Assembly (NCBI GenBank): GCA_038231455.1
Contig: JBBRLI010000004.1
Span: 64,001 to 128,000, forward strand
DNA from: Vulcanimicrobiales bacterium
GTDB taxonomy: Bacteria > Vulcanimicrobiota > Vulcanimicrobiia > Vulcanimicrobiales > Vulcanimicrobiaceae
Reading direction: 5' to 3'
Length of the DNA stretch: 64,000 bases
Shown: positions 19,223 to 30,575 of the stretch, piece after piece
Layout of the letters: every line of letters starts with the position of its first letter
Numbering within the stretch: the stretch's first letter is position 1
The notes under the pieces: model-generated
Databases searched by the model: none
What the model was told of the DNA's origin: nothing
Seen by the model: the letters and a program-made list of their open reading frames with translations, nothing else
Position numbers and translations under genes: made by a program

Positions 19223-21445
19223 TTGTTAGAATCCGTCTCACTTGAGATCGGAGGCCGTCTGCTGGTCATTGAAACCGGCGAGCTTGCAAAGCAAGCGAAC
19301 GGCTCCGCGGTCGTCCGTTACGGCGACCAAAACGTTATGATCGCTGCCGTCACGGCGTCCGAAAAACCGCGCGAAGGCATCGACTTCTTCCCGCTAACGT
19401 GCGACTTCGAAGAAAAAATGTATGCGGCCGGAAAAATTCCGGGCGGTTACATCAAACGCGAAGGCCGTCCGAGCGAACACGGCGTGCTCAGCGCGCGCCA
19501 AATCGACCGCCCGATCCGTCCGCTGTTCCCCGAAGGCTTCCAGAATGATGTGCAAATCATCACGACGGTGCTCTCGATCGATCCGGAACTCGACAACGAC
19601 GTGATCGCGGTTTGCGCCGCCGGTGCCGCGCTTGCCGTCTCCGATATTCCGTTCGATAAGAACGTTGCCGCCGTGCGCGTCGGCCGCGATGAAAACGGCA
19701 AGTACATCATCAACCCGACGCTCCCGCAGTACGAAACGGGCGGCATGGAAATCGTCGTTGCCGGCACGATGGATGCCGTCATGATGGTTGAAGGCGGCGG
19801 CCACGAAATGTCCGAGGAAGATTTCCTCGGCGCCGTTGAGTTCGCTCACACCGAAATCAAAAAAATCGTCAAGCAGATCGACGCGCTCGCGAAAAAAGCG
19901 GGCAAGAAGAAACGCGTCTATCCGCTCAACACCGTCGATGCAACGCTCAAAGCGTGGGTCGAGAAGTCGTTCAAGAAAGACGTCGCAAAAGCGATGCGCG
20001 TCATCGAGAAGGGCGAACGCAACGCCGCGTTCGACAAACTCTCAAAAGCTGAAGCCATCTCACGCGTCAAAAAAACCGAAGGCGCGATCCTCGAACTGCT
20101 CAATGATCCCGCGAAGGCAAAAGACTTTGGCAAGATCATCAAGACGATGGAAGAGGAAGAGCTGCGCGTGATGGTCGTGGACGAAAAGATTCGTCCCGAC
20201 GGTCGCAAAGCTGATGAAATTCGCCCGATCTGGTCGAAGGTCGGCTATCTTCCGCGCGTGCACGGAACCGGCGTGTTCCAGCGCGGACAGACCCAAGTGC
20301 TCACCGCTGCGACCCTCGGGTCGATCAGCGACGAACAGCGTCTGGACGGCATCATGGCGATCCCGAACAAACGCTACATGCACTATTACAATTTCCCGCC
20401 GTACTCGGTCGGCGAAACGCGCCCGATGCGTGCCCCCGGACGTCGTGAAATCGGCCACGGTGCACTTGCCGAACGCGCGCTGGTACCGATCCTCCCGCCC
20501 GAAGATGAATTCCCCTACACCCTTCGCCTCATCAGCGAAGTGCTCGAATCGAACGGCTCCTCATCGATGGCTTCGGTCTGCGGATCGACGCTCGCGCTCA
20601 TGGATGCCGGCGTGCCGATCAAGAAGCACGTCGCGGGTATTGCGATGGGCCTCATCTTGCACGGCAAGAAGCATGCGATCTTAAGCGACATTCAGGGTCT
20701 CGAAGATGCACTCGGCGAGATGGACTTCAAAGTTGCCGGTACCGTCGATGGTATCACCGCAATTCAGATGGACATCAAGGTCGCGGGCATCACGATCGAC
20801 ATCATGCGTGAAGCGTTAACAGCCGCGAAGAAGTCGCGTCTGTTCATCATCGAGAAACTCAAGGAGACGATGCCCGCCCACCGCGAGCAACTCTCACCGT
20901 ACGCTCCGCGCATGATCGTGCTCACGATCAGCCCGGATATGATCAAGAACGTGATCGGGCCCGGAGGCAAGATCATCAACAAGATCATCGCGGATACCGG
21001 CGTCAAGATCGACATCGAAAACGACGGCCGCGTGTTCATCGCCGGTCCCGACGGCGTCGCTGCGGACAAAGCAAAAGCGATGGTCGAAGCGCTTACAAAA
21101 GAAGTCAAAGTCGGCGAACAGTACCTCGGTACGGTCACGCGTCTGATGAACTTCGGCGCGTTCGTTGCGTTCTTGCCCGGCAAAGAAGGCCTCGTCCACA
21201 TCTCGCAACTCGCGGCAGACCGCGTCGAAAAAGTGGAAGACGTCGTCAAGATCGGCGATCAGATCATGGTCAAAGTGATGGAAGTCGATTCGCAAGGGCG
21301 CATCAACCTCTCGCGCAAGGCCCTGCTCGCACCGAGCGAAAACGGTGCCCCCCAAGAAGACTACGTCCCGCGCGGACCGCGTCCGGGCGGCGACGGCGGC
21401 GGACGCAGCGGCGGCAACGGCCGCGGCCCGCGTCGTCGCGACTAA
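19223..21445 (+). CDS. pnp: Polyribonucleotide nucleotidyltransferase
   Basis: [40 protein letters not shown] and S1 domains; AGGAG before TTG. Confidence 0.98.
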   Translation: MLESVSLEIGGRLLVIETGELAKQANGSAVVRYGDQNVMIAAVTASEKPREGIDFFPLTCDFEEKMYAAGKIPGGYIKREGRPSEHGVLSARQIDRPIRPLFPEGFQNDVQIITTVLSIDPELDNDVIAVCAAGAALAVSDIPFDKNVAAVRVGRDENGKYIINPTLPQYETGGMEIVVAGTMDAVMMVEGGGHEMSEEDFLGAVEFAHTEIKKIVKQIDALAKKAGKKKRVYPLNTVDATLKAWVEKSFKKDVAKAMRVIEKGERNAAFDKLSKAEAISRVKKTEGAILELLNDPAKAKDFGKIIKTMEEEELRVMVVDEKIRPDGRKADEIRPIWSKVGYLPRVHGTGVFQRGQTQVLTAATLGSISDEQRLDGIMAIPNKRYMHYYNFPPYSVGETRPMRAPGRREIGHGALAERALVPILPPEDEFPYTLRLISEVLESNGSSSMASVCGSTLALMDAGVPIKKHVAGIAMGLILHGKKHAILSDIQGLEDALGEMDFKVAGTVDGITAIQMDIKVAGITIDIMREALTAAKKSRLFIIEKLKETMPAHREQLSPYAPRMIVLTISPDMIKNVIGPGGKIINKIIADTGVKIDIENDGRVFIAGPDGVAADKAKAMVEALTKEVKVGEQYLGTVTRLMNFGAFVAFLPGKEGLVHISQLAADRVEKVEDVVKIGDQIMVKVMEVDSQGRINLSRKALLAPSENGAPQEDYVPRGPRPGGDGGGRSGGNGRGPRRRD

Positions 21446-21460
21446 CCGCTAGCAACTAGC

Positions 21461-21501
21461 AAACGAAAGGGGCGTCGAGCAATCGGCGCCCTTTCCGTTT
21501 T
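21461..21501 (+). terminator. Intrinsic terminator after pnp
   Basis: GGGCGTCGA-gcaa-TCGGCGCCC stem flanked by A- and T-rich tails. Confidence 0.8.
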
Positions 21502-21714
21502 AACGCAAGCTTCGGTTTTGCTAAGATCCCGTAAAGAATTTTTGGGAAAAGGCTGTCCATCCTACGCCGGCTCAGGCCTGTAGTCGATTGAGACTAAGAC
21601 ACGTTTCGCGGCCGTACGCGAGGATGTCGATGTCGAACAGAACAGCATTCTACGCGTCGCTTACAGGACGCGAGATTTCGGCTGCCCGCAGTGCTCCGCT
21701 AAGAGAGTGTTTAC

Positions 21715-23806
21715 ATGAAAATTCGTGTTGGTACGCAACTCGCGCTTGGATTCGCCGTTCCACTACTCTTTATCGTCATAACGGCGGCCGTCTCGTTCTT
21801 CTCTTTTCAAAGAATCAGCGAGGCCAACAGCGCCATTGCCAAGGCAACCGCGATCAATACCCTCGCCCGAGACATCGTCGCGAAACGGATCAGCAAGCGG
21901 TTCGCAATTCGCAACATCGTTCTCAAAGGCAAGGCTGCGGATTTTGAGGCAAATGATAAAAGCGCAAGCCGCGATGGTCGAAGATATAACGGCAATCATG
22001 CGTCAGGCTGGCGGCAACTCCGCGATGACCGCGATCGTCGGCGACCTTTCGGCGCTCTCAGAAACGATCAATCAGCGTGACGATCTGCAAATCGCGAGCG
22101 CTCGCCGCGATCCCGAGCAAACGCTGATTGCTTTTCGCGGTAAAAGCTCCACGGGGCTTGCAAGCGGCGTTCTCGAGTCTCTCAAGGCGAATGCAATTGA
22201 CATTCCGCGTGAATCAGAGATGTCGAAGAATCTCGTCGCCCTCGCCGAGGAAACGAGCACGCGGGCAACGCAGAACTTCGCCGCCGCTTATCGCTCCGCG
22301 CTCTTTGCCGGCGGAATTGCCTTGAGTATGGCCCTGCTCCTGAGCGGTCTCATTGCCGTACTCCTCGGCCGCCATATCTCGCGACGTTTGAATCGCGTTC
22401 GTGACGCGCTAAACGCGGTGGTGGGCGATGATGTGAACGAGCTCACGAGCGCGTTTCGTTCGATGGCCAAGGGCGATCTCACCGCGACATTCACCTCAAA
22501 TCGCGCGCGCATCGACGATCGCTCAAGCGACGAAATCGGCGAGCTGACGCAAAGCTACAACGAACTTACCCGCGCCCTGTCCACCATGGGCGGGGAATTT
22601 ACGAACACCACCGACCGCCTGAGCGAAGTCATTCGCAACGTCCAGAGCGGAGCGACGGAGTTGTTTACCGCTGGCGTTCTCGTGAGTGCGTCGACGAGCC
22701 AAGCGGATGTGGCGATGCAGCTCATCTCCGCAAATATTGAGAGCGTCGCGCGCGACGCGAGCGATCAATCGCGACGCATCGGTCAGGCGAGCGGCGCGCT
22801 CGAAGAGCTTACGCGCGCATCGTCACAGATCGCCTCCGGCGCCGCCGATCAAGCCGGCGCAGTTCAAGCAGCGGCGAATGCGGTTGACGAGATGAACGGG
22901 CAGATCGCCGGACTGGCCTCACTCGGCGAGGCGCTCACTAGCGCCGCGCGAGTCGCTGCGAACGAAGCGACGGCGGGCTCGAATGCCGTCCAGATCACCG
23001 CAGAGACGATGCGCGACCTGCAGGCACAGGCTAGCGGTACGCAGACCGCGATGGAGGCACTCCAAGAACGATCGCTGGCGGTCGTCGAGATCGTCGATAC
23101 GATCGATGACATCGCGGATCAAACGAATCTTCTCGCGCTGAATGCCGCGATCGAAGCGGCGCGGGCAGGCGAGAACGGACGCGGCTTCGCTGTCGTTGCC
23201 GACGAAATCCGCAAGCTCGCCGAGCGCGCTGCGCGTTCGACGAAGGAGATCGGTCACATTTTGAATGCGATTCGGAAAGAAACGGCGACGGTCGCATCTG
23301 CAATGCAACGTTCGTCCTCGGCGATGGAAGACGGCATGACACGAGTCGATCACGCGACTACCGCCCTGCAAGCGATTGGTGCGGCAATTTCGAGTACCAC
23401 GCACACCGCAGAAGAGATGGCGGTTCGGGCGGAGCAGATGAGAGCATCGAGCGTTCAGCTTGCTGAAAACTTGAACAGCGTCTCAGCGGTTGTCGACGAA
23501 AACGCCACAGCTACCAATCAAATGAACATTACCGCGGGCACGATCACGGGTGCGATCCTCGTCGCGCTGACCGCGCAACAGCAATCGGAAACGGCGGCGG
23601 AGGTCGCAACCTCAAGCGTCGAGCTAGCCGCTCAATTCGCCGAAATCACGACGGCTTCCGAAGCGGTCCGGACGCAGGCCGATAGACTGCGTGCTCTGGC
23701 CGACACGTTCGAGGTAACGGATACCCTCGCGAAGCCCGAGCAAATCCCGTCGCTTACCGGTTCTGCCGCGGCCTCGTTCGACGCGATCGTCGCCTCAGCG
23801 CGCTAA
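21715..23806 (+). pseudogene. Methyl-accepting chemotaxis protein interrupted by a one-base frameshift near 21958-21961
   Basis: TM1 is in ORF 21715-22080; TM2, HAMP and signalling domain ([38 protein letters not shown]) are in frame 21836-23806; removing one A from AAAA gives ...[14 protein letters not shown]... Confidence 0.8.
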
Positions 23807-23815
23807 TTGGCCGGC

Positions 23816-24271
23816 TTACGCTCGCGTAGTGCCGTTCTCGCCGTTGAGGCGATGTAGGAGATCGAAGAGTTGCGCGCGCTGCGCCGGTGAGAGTGCGGCG
23901 GCGAACGTGTCCTCCGATGCTTCCACTTTGGGCGTCGCGCGACGGATCAGATCGCGACCCGTGGCGGTGAGCGTCGGGACCATGACGCGGCGGTCTTTCG
24001 TCGAGGCGACGCGCTGCACGAGCGAGAGCTTTTCGAGCTGATCCAGCATGCGAACCATCGTCGACGGGTCGGCACCCAGGGCGTCGGCGACCTCGCGCTG
24101 GGTGATCCCGCCGCCCTCATCGATCGTCACGAGGACGGCGAAGAGCATCGGGGTGAGGCCATCCGAGCCGATGGCGTTAGAAAGCGCGGCGAACGCGCGG
24201 AGCTGGGCCCGGCGTAGCTGGTAGCCTAGGCGTCCATCGAGCGAGTGAGCCCGCTCCTGAGTCGACTTCAT
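23816..24271 (-). CDS. MarR-family transcriptional regulator
   Basis: LTPMLFAVL, TQREVA...DPSTMVRMLDQLE, DRR wing motif. Confidence 0.9.
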   Translation of the reverse strand: MKSTQERAHSLDGRLGYQLRRAQLRAFAALSNAIGSDGLTPMLFAVLVTIDEGGGITQREVADALGADPSTMVRMLDQLEKLSLVQRVASTKDRRVMVPTLTATGRDLIRRATPKVEASEDTFAAALSPAQRAQLFDLLHRLNGENGTTRA

Positions 24272-24376
24272 CGCGAAAGCCTCGTTTTCGTGGCAGCGAT
24301 TCCTTTGGCGAACCGAAAGAGAGGAAACTTTCTTTCGCGGTCGCCTTGGGAAGCTCTTCCGCCGAGGCAAACGAAC

Positions 24377-24667
24377 CTAAGGATTACGTGGTGCGAACCC
24401 TCGGTAGGCGGTCAAGCCGACGATTTGGACCTCGAGCATCCCGTTCTTCACGAGGGGCAATCCCGCGAGGATCTCGTGCACGTGCTCGGCCGAATCCGCC
24501 TCGATCATCATCGCTGCGCCCGAAACGTCGGTGCGGCCCCAGATCTGGCGCACGTGAAACTCCTTATGGAGCCGGCGTGCCGCCTCGGCCTCGCCTTCCA
24601 GTAACGGGGCGAAGTCGGCCTCGGAAAACGACTCGAGCTTGCGGCGGAGGAGCGCGAAAAACTGCAT
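24377..24667 (-). CDS. Muconolactone delta-isomerase-like small protein (96 aa)
   Basis: E...ARRL...RQIW...IEADS.E...L..LPL pattern of MIase-like dimeric alpha-beta barrels. Confidence 0.6.
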   Translation of the reverse strand: MQFFALLRRKLESFSEADFAPLLEGEAEAARRLHKEFHVRQIWGRTDVSGAAMMIEADSAEHVHEILAGLPLVKNGMLEVQIVGLTAYRGFAPRNP

Positions 24668-24746
24668 TGAGCGTTTTGCGTTCACAATCGCGCCTGCGCC
24701 TGTTCGGTGCCGGGGATCGACACCACGTCGTCCAACCCTTTCTGCA

Positions 24747-26360
24747 ATGGCTTTCGATTCGCTCTCGGCATTTGTCGCAGCACTCCGTTCCGCAGGCGAG
24801 CTCGCGGAGATTTCCGCGCCCGTCGATCCGCATTTGGAAATCGCCGAAATTACCGATCGCGTGGTGAAGGCGGGCGGTCCGGCGCTGCTCTTTACCAACG
24901 TCGTCGGTTCCAAATTTCCGGTGCTGACCAATCAGTTCGGCTCGGAACGACGCATGGCGATGGCCTTTGGCGCCGACTCGATCGAAGCGGTCGCAAATCG
25001 CGTACGCAGCGCGATCGATTTGAGCGTGCCGAAAACGCTCGGTGCGAAGCTCGGTAAAGCATTCTCGCTCACCTCGCTTGCCAGTGCAATCCCAAAGACC
25101 GTTGCGAACGGATCGTGCCAAGATGTCGTTCTCGAAGGAGACGATGTTGATTTACTTGCGCTGCCGGTTCTCACGACGTGGCCGCTCGATGGCGGACCGT
25201 TCGTCACGCTGCCGCTCGTCTTTACGAAAGACCCCGTGAGCGGGACGCAAAACGTCGGCATGTATCGCGTGCAGCGGTACGACAAGACAACCACCGGCAT
25301 GCACTGGCAACGCCACAAACAAGGTCGCGCGCAAGCCGCGAAATGGGGCCGCCGCGTGCCGGTTGCCGTGGTGATTGGCGCCGATCCCGCCGTCACGTAC
25401 GCCGCTACCGCGCCGCTCCCGCCGATCGTCGATGAGATTTCGCTTGCCGGATTTCTGCGCGGCAAATCGGTGAAGATGGTCAAGTGCAAAACGATCGACA
25501 TCAAAGTGCCGGCGGATGCGGAGTTCGTGCTCGAAGGCTACGTCGACAACGACGACTTGCGCGTCGAGGGCCCGTTCGGCGACCACACCGGCGTCTACAG
25601 TCTCGCCGATTTGTATCCAACCTTTCACGTGCAGTGCGTCACGCACCGCGCGAAGCCGATCTACGGCGCAACCGTCGTCGGCAAACCGCCGATGGAAGAC
25701 GCGTGGCTCGGCAAAGCGACCGAACGTATTTTCTTACCCCTCTTGCAGATGGTCGTGCCGGAGATCGTCGATTACAATTTGCCGGTCGAGGGTGGGTTTC
25801 ACAACCTCGCAATCATCAGCGTGAAGAAATCGTATCCGGGTCAAGCAAAGAAAGTGATGAACGCGCTCTGGGGACTCGGGCACATGATGATGCTCACGCG
25901 CTGTTTGCTCGTCGTCGATGACGACGTGGACGTTCAAGACGTGCGCAGCGTCGTTTGGTTTGCGCTGAACAACGTCGATGCGTCGCGGGATCTGGTAGTC
26001 ATGCCCGGACCCGTCGATGACCTCGACCACAGCGGTTCGTATTTACCGTCGATCGGTTATAAGCTCGGCATCGACGCGACACGAAAGACCGCCGCCGAAG
26101 GCTACGCACGTGAGTGGCCGCCGGATATCGTCATGGACGATGCGACGCGTACGCGCGTCGATGCGCGCATGCGCGAACTCGGACTCGATACGATTCTCGC
26201 GCGTAAGTGCGCGCCCGACGCGTGGTCGGGGCAGGGCCCGGCAGCCCTCGCACGTCTGCTAAACGCGCCTGCAATGGATCCAAACGCGCAACCGCCGCGC
26301 AGCGCCGCAGCACTTGCAGCTCTCGCTGCCAAGGCACTCACCAGTAGCGATACGGCATGA
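24747..26360 (+). CDS. UbiD-family decarboxylase (menaquinone biosynthesis, MqnL-like)
   Basis: WPLDGGPF, NVGMYR, EGPFGDHTG, GKPPMED, GIDAT motifs. Confidence 0.9.
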   Translation: MAFDSLSAFVAALRSAGELAEISAPVDPHLEIAEITDRVVKAGGPALLFTNVVGSKFPVLTNQFGSERRMAMAFGADSIEAVANRVRSAIDLSVPKTLGAKLGKAFSLTSLASAIPKTVANGSCQDVVLEGDDVDLLALPVLTTWPLDGGPFVTLPLVFTKDPVSGTQNVGMYRVQRYDKTTTGMHWQRHKQGRAQAAKWGRRVPVAVVIGADPAVTYAATAPLPPIVDEISLAGFLRGKSVKMVKCKTIDIKVPADAEFVLEGYVDNDDLRVEGPFGDHTGVYSLADLYPTFHVQCVTHRAKPIYGATVVGKPPMEDAWLGKATERIFLPLLQMVVPEIVDYNLPVEGGFHNLAIISVKKSYPGQAKKVMNALWGLGHMMMLTRCLLVVDDDVDVQDVRSVVWFALNNVDASRDLVVMPGPVDDLDHSGSYLPSIGYKLGIDATRKTAAEGYAREWPPDIVMDDATRTRVDARMRELGLDTILARKCAPDAWSGQGPAALARLLNAPAMDPNAQPPRSAAALAALAAKALTSSDTA

Positions 26361-27211
26361 CCGCTTTCAAACTTTTTTTGCGCGATATCCGTCTCGAGCA
26401 CACGTTCTTTGCGTTGCCGTTCGCGTATGTCGGCGCGGTGATGGCCGCGCACGGTTTCCCAACGCTCTGGCAATTCGTGTGGATCACCCTTGCGGTGCTC
26501 GGCGCACGCACCGCGGCGATGGCCGCGAACCGGTATTTCGATCGCAAACTCGATGCGCAAAATCCGCGCACCGCAAAACGCGCGCTCGCCAGCGGCGCGC
26601 TCGCTCCGAGCGTGATGCTCTGGGCGATTGCAGCGGGCATCGGCCTTTTGATCCTCTCCGCCGCGATGCTCAACCCGCTTTGTCTTCTGCTCTTGCCCCT
26701 CGCGGCGCTGGGCATCATCATCTATCCGCTCTGCAAACGCTTCACGTGGTTCGTGCATTTCGTGCTCGGTGCAGTCGACGGCTGCGCGCCGCTCGGTGCG
26801 TTCGTCGCCGTCGCCGGACACGTGACGCTTCCAGCGCTCTTGCTGTTCCTCGCGGTAACGGTCTGGGTCGCCGGTTTCGACATCGCCTATGCGCTCATGG
26901 ATTACGACGTCGACCTGGCGCAAGGCATCAACTCCGTCCCCGTCCGCTTCGGGAAATCGAGCGGCCGCTGGTTGCCGATCGCACTGCATGTCGTGATGGC
27001 CGCGGTCCTGTGGTACGCGGGCGCTCTCGCCGGCGCCGGAATCGTCTACAACATCGGCGTCTTGCTCGCCATAGCGCTCGTCATCTATGAAGAGCGTCTC
27101 TTTGCGATCGCAAAGAACGTCTTCGTGCTCAACGATCGGATCTTCGTGACCAACATGGCCTTCTCGGTTGCGTTTCTTGCAACGACCCTTGCGAGTTATC
27201 TCGTTCGATGA
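26357..27211 (+). CDS. UbiA-like polyprenyltransferase (MqnP-like)
   Basis: EHTFFALPF, NRYFDRKLDAQNPRT, GFDIAYALMD..D; ATGA overlap with UbiD gene. Confidence 0.9.
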   Translation: MTAFKLFLRDIRLEHTFFALPFAYVGAVMAAHGFPTLWQFVWITLAVLGARTAAMAANRYFDRKLDAQNPRTAKRALASGALAPSVMLWAIAAGIGLLILSAAMLNPLCLLLLPLAALGIIIYPLCKRFTWFVHFVLGAVDGCAPLGAFVAVAGHVTLPALLLFLAVTVWVAGFDIAYALMDYDVDLAQGINSVPVRFGKSSGRWLPIALHVVMAAVLWYAGALAGAGIVYNIGVLLAIALVIYEERLFAIAKNVFVLNDRIFVTNMAFSVAFLATTLASYLVR

Positions 27212-28374
27212 TGACCCGTCGCGCGGCACTCGCCGCAGCGAGCGCGTCGCTTGCAGCATTTGCGAGTCCACGTCTTGCCGATGCATTCGATTCGCCGTTC
27301 GCAGCCTCCACGACGTTTGGCGTCGTCGGCCCGTTCTCCGGTCAGGAGAAATCCGGCGGCGAACAACTTGCCAACGGCGTCCGGGCGGCGATCGAAGAGG
27401 CGAATCGCTCGCGCGGGGGTCTCGACCGCGTGTATCTGATGCGCACGTTTGACGATCAGAATTCCGTTGCATCCGCAATCGTCAACAGCCAGTTCGCAAC
27501 GAGTGATGGCAACGTTATTGCCGTGATCGGTCATCTCGGCGGTCACGCAACGGATGCCGCCCTGCGGACGTACGGTGCAGCCGCGATGCCGGTGATCGTG
27601 CCCGCATCGTCGTACGATAAAATCACCGCCGGCGGGTATCGCAACGTATTCCGCTTACCGACGCGCGATACCGATGAAGGCACCCTTGCCGCGCGCTATG
27701 TCATCGATACCGCGAGGCCCAAGAACGTCTACGTGCTGGTTGTCGACGGCGATTACGGTTACGACGTCGCACAAGCATTTACGCAAACGCTCAGCTCGCA
27801 GAAGATCCCCTGGAATTCCACGCTCGTCTCCTATGATAAGCCGGAGTTTCCCAAAGTCGTCGCCGCCGTGCTCGCCGCGAAACCCGACTACGTCTATCTG
27901 TGCGGCGCGACCGCCGAGATGGGCGATGTTATCCCGCTCTTGCGCAAAGGCGGGTATACCGGAGCCCTTGGCGCGCCGCAAGGCTTCTTCACGCCCGAGA
28001 CGATCCGGAAGTATGGTGCCGGGGTCGAGGGTCTGACGATTTCCTCATCGATGCCCTATCTTGCGATCGCACCGGCGGCCTATCGAATCAAAACGGATTT
28101 TGAGGCCCGCTACGGGGCGTTCACGCCGCTCTCCGCCTTCGGTTATGCAAGCGCCCAACTGCTCATGAACGCGATCAAGCGAAGCGGCGCGCAGAACCGG
28201 TTAGCACTTGCGCGAGCGATCGCAACGGGCGGGGTTTTCGATACGACGGTTGGTTCGTTCACCTTCGGGCCGACCGGGGATGTTGTGGATCCAAACGTGT
28301 ATTTTTATACCGTGCGCGACGGCAAATGGGCGTTCGTACGCTCCGCGCACCCCTCGTCGTTTCTGTCGAAATAG
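27208..28374 (+). CDS. Branched-chain amino-acid ABC transporter substrate-binding protein
   Basis: TRRAAL Tat-like leader; VGPFSG, VIGH, NVFRL, DYG motifs of LivK family. Confidence 0.85.
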   Translation: MMTRRAALAAASASLAAFASPRLADAFDSPFAASTTFGVVGPFSGQEKSGGEQLANGVRAAIEEANRSRGGLDRVYLMRTFDDQNSVASAIVNSQFATSDGNVIAVIGHLGGHATDAALRTYGAAAMPVIVPASSYDKITAGGYRNVFRLPTRDTDEGTLAARYVIDTARPKNVYVLVVDGDYGYDVAQAFTQTLSSQKIPWNSTLVSYDKPEFPKVVAAVLAAKPDYVYLCGATAEMGDVIPLLRKGGYTGALGAPQGFFTPETIRKYGAGVEGLTISSSMPYLAIAPAAYRIKTDFEARYGAFTPLSAFGYASAQLLMNAIKRSGAQNRLALARAIATGGVFDTTVGSFTFGPTGDVVDPNVYFYTVRDGKWAFVRSAHPSSFLSK

Positions 28375-28452
28375 AAGAAAAAGCGCTTTCCAATTCGTGA
28401 AATGAACGCAGTTAACCGATAGCTTGGAATATAAGGGTACTCGGAACAACCG

Positions 28453-29826
28453 ATGATCGATTTCCTAGCTTGGCGTCCGACGACGGCTCAAAAGCGGGCT
28501 GCAACAGCAAGCCTTGTGTTTATGCTGGTCATCTCAGCCGTCTCGACGCCCTTCGCGCGGATCCCGGGACCGCAACTGCCGGTCGCAATCGCCGCCTTTT
28601 TCGGCGTCATTTGTTTCGCTAGCGCCATCACCGCGGTGCTCTTCTTCAGTCAATACCGGACCACGCGGGCAACGCCACTTGGCATCCTCGGCTTTGCGTA
28701 TGCGTATCTCGCCTTTACGCAGCTCATCTACATTTTGACGTATCCCGGCGTCTTCGGCCCACTTGGGATGCCGGGCGCGCACCGCTCGACCTCGAGCTGG
28801 ATCTACTATATAACCCGACTTGGTTTTGCGAGTCTTGTGGCGCTCTACGCATGGTCGCGCCTGGCGTTTGCGGAGTCCACGAAGCGCGATGGCGGCCCGT
28901 TCCTTTCGCGCGTGATCGTGGGCTTCTCGACCTTCGCACTCGCCGCGATTGCATCGACCTTCGTCTTCGACTTGCCGCCGACGTTCTTGAACGGCGCGTG
29001 GACGCCGACAATGCGCTATGGACTCTTGCCGATCACCGCGATCGGCTTACTCGTGGCGATCGGCATGGTAGTTCGGTTCACGAAGCGCGACACGATCGTC
29101 GATTTGTGGCTGAGCGTCGCGCTTACAGCGAGCATTCTCGATCTCTATCTGACCTTTTTGGGACTTAATGCATATACGCTGGGTTGGTGGCTCGCGCGCC
29201 TTGCAATTCTCGCATCGTCAACGTCCATTCTCGTGATCTTTCTCTACCAGATCGACCGCATGTACGGACAGCTCAGCACGATGGCGCGCCATCTCTCCGA
29301 GCAGGCGCTGGTCGACGGTCTCACCGGCATCGCCAATCGGCGCGCATTCGATCAGTACGCATCGACTGCTTTACGCATGGCGCTCCGGCACAATCACGAT
29401 ATCGCCGTCATGATTATCGACATCGATCACTTCAAAATGTACAACGACACGTTCGGCCATCTCGCCGGCGATGACTGTCTGCGCCGAGTTGCCGAAACGA
29501 TCAACGCTCAGATCGGCAGGCCGAGTGACTTTGCCGCGCGCTACGGCGGCGAAGAGTTCGTCGTCGTGCTCATCGATATCGATCGTGCCGGCGTCGCGAT
29601 TGTTGCAGAACGCATCCGCGTCGCGATTCTAGCCGAAGCGATTCCGCACGCGCCGCAGGCGGGGCTCTTCGTCACCGCAAGCCTGGGCGCGTGCATGCTG
29701 CACGACGGTCGCGCGACGGCCGAGGAACTCATCGGGTGCGCCGACGCCGCGCTCTATCAAGCTAAGGCCCAAGGTCGCAATCGCGTCGTTCTCGCCGATG
29801 CGGGTCAAGCAGCCGTACACACTTAG
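28453..29826 (+). CDS. Membrane-bound diguanylate cyclase (MASE4-like sensor plus GGDEF)
   Basis: About 8 TM segments with LTYPGVF and SSWIY; DGLTGIANRR, RPSD I-site, RYGGEEF. Confidence 0.88.
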   Translation: MIDFLAWRPTTAQKRAATASLVFMLVISAVSTPFARIPGPQLPVAIAAFFGVICFASAITAVLFFSQYRTTRATPLGILGFAYAYLAFTQLIYILTYPGVFGPLGMPGAHRSTSSWIYYITRLGFASLVALYAWSRLAFAESTKRDGGPFLSRVIVGFSTFALAAIASTFVFDLPPTFLNGAWTPTMRYGLLPITAIGLLVAIGMVVRFTKRDTIVDLWLSVALTASILDLYLTFLGLNAYTLGWWLARLAILASSTSILVIFLYQIDRMYGQLSTMARHLSEQALVDGLTGIANRRAFDQYASTALRMALRHNHDIAVMIIDIDHFKMYNDTFGHLAGDDCLRRVAETINAQIGRPSDFAARYGGEEFVVVLIDIDRAGVAIVAERIRVAILAEAIPHAPQAGLFVTASLGACMLHDGRATAEELIGCADAALYQAKAQGRNRVVLADAGQAAVHT

Positions 29827-30575
29827 GCTTCGAGTCGGCGCCAACGCAGAATCGCAATCGCCAGACCCAATGCGATGAGGACGCTTGCATCGAGCAACGC
29901 GGGTATTCCCCAGATTTGCATGCGTAGCATGTTCGTCGTGATTCCGTCGTTAGTTCGCACGGTCAGAAGCGCTAGCGGGTTGAGGTAATTCACGAGCTCG
30001 AATACACGCTTGATCGGGGCTGGAAATCCGATCGAAGGCGCGGCGAGGAGAAACATGAGCACGGGCCATGCAACCCCGGCAATCGTGGCAGCCATCCGCC
30101 GCTGTCCGGATGTTGCGGCCTGGAGCACCATATAGAAAGCGATGATAAAGAGCAACTCGATCGCTGTGCGTCCAAACCCAAGCGCCGTCACTTCGATCGG
30201 CATGCGGCCGAATATCGTTGTGAGAATTCCGATCCCCACGACGATCGCTGCCCCATAAGCAATCGCAATCGCCGCGATGTCGACGAGCATCGTTTCGAAT
30301 ATCAGCCGCTCGCGTCCGACCGGTTTCGTCCAGGAGAGCTCGAGATGTCCGGCAACGTGATACGCAAGGCTGGTGGCGAGCACGGTTGCAAACACAGTGG
30401 CGATTGCAGCCGCTATATAGGCAACGCCCTCGATCGGCTGGTTATCGATGTGATCGGTGTGCGCGTGGAAGGCAGCGTAGATGCGAAGAGCGACGGCGAC
30501 GAGGACCATGAACAGCAAGAAGAGCGCGTAGACTCCAAGCGCACGCCGAGCGCGGATGAATTCAACGTACCACAT
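29823..30575 (-). CDS. Putative ABC exporter permease, paralog 2
   Basis: About 6 TM; downstream of ABC ATPase; similar to neighbouring paralog. Confidence 0.75.
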   Translation of the reverse strand: MWYVEFIRARRALGVYALFLLFMVLVAVALRIYAAFHAHTDHIDNQPIEGVAYIAAAIATVFATVLATSLAYHVAGHLELSWTKPVGRERLIFETMLVDIAAIAIAYGAAIVVGIGILTTIFGRMPIEVTALGFGRTAIELLFIIAFYMVLQAATSGQRRMAATIAGVAWPVLMFLLAAPSIGFPAPIKRVFELVNYLNPLALLTVRTNDGITTNMLRMQIWGIPALLDASVLIALGLAIAILRWRRLEA

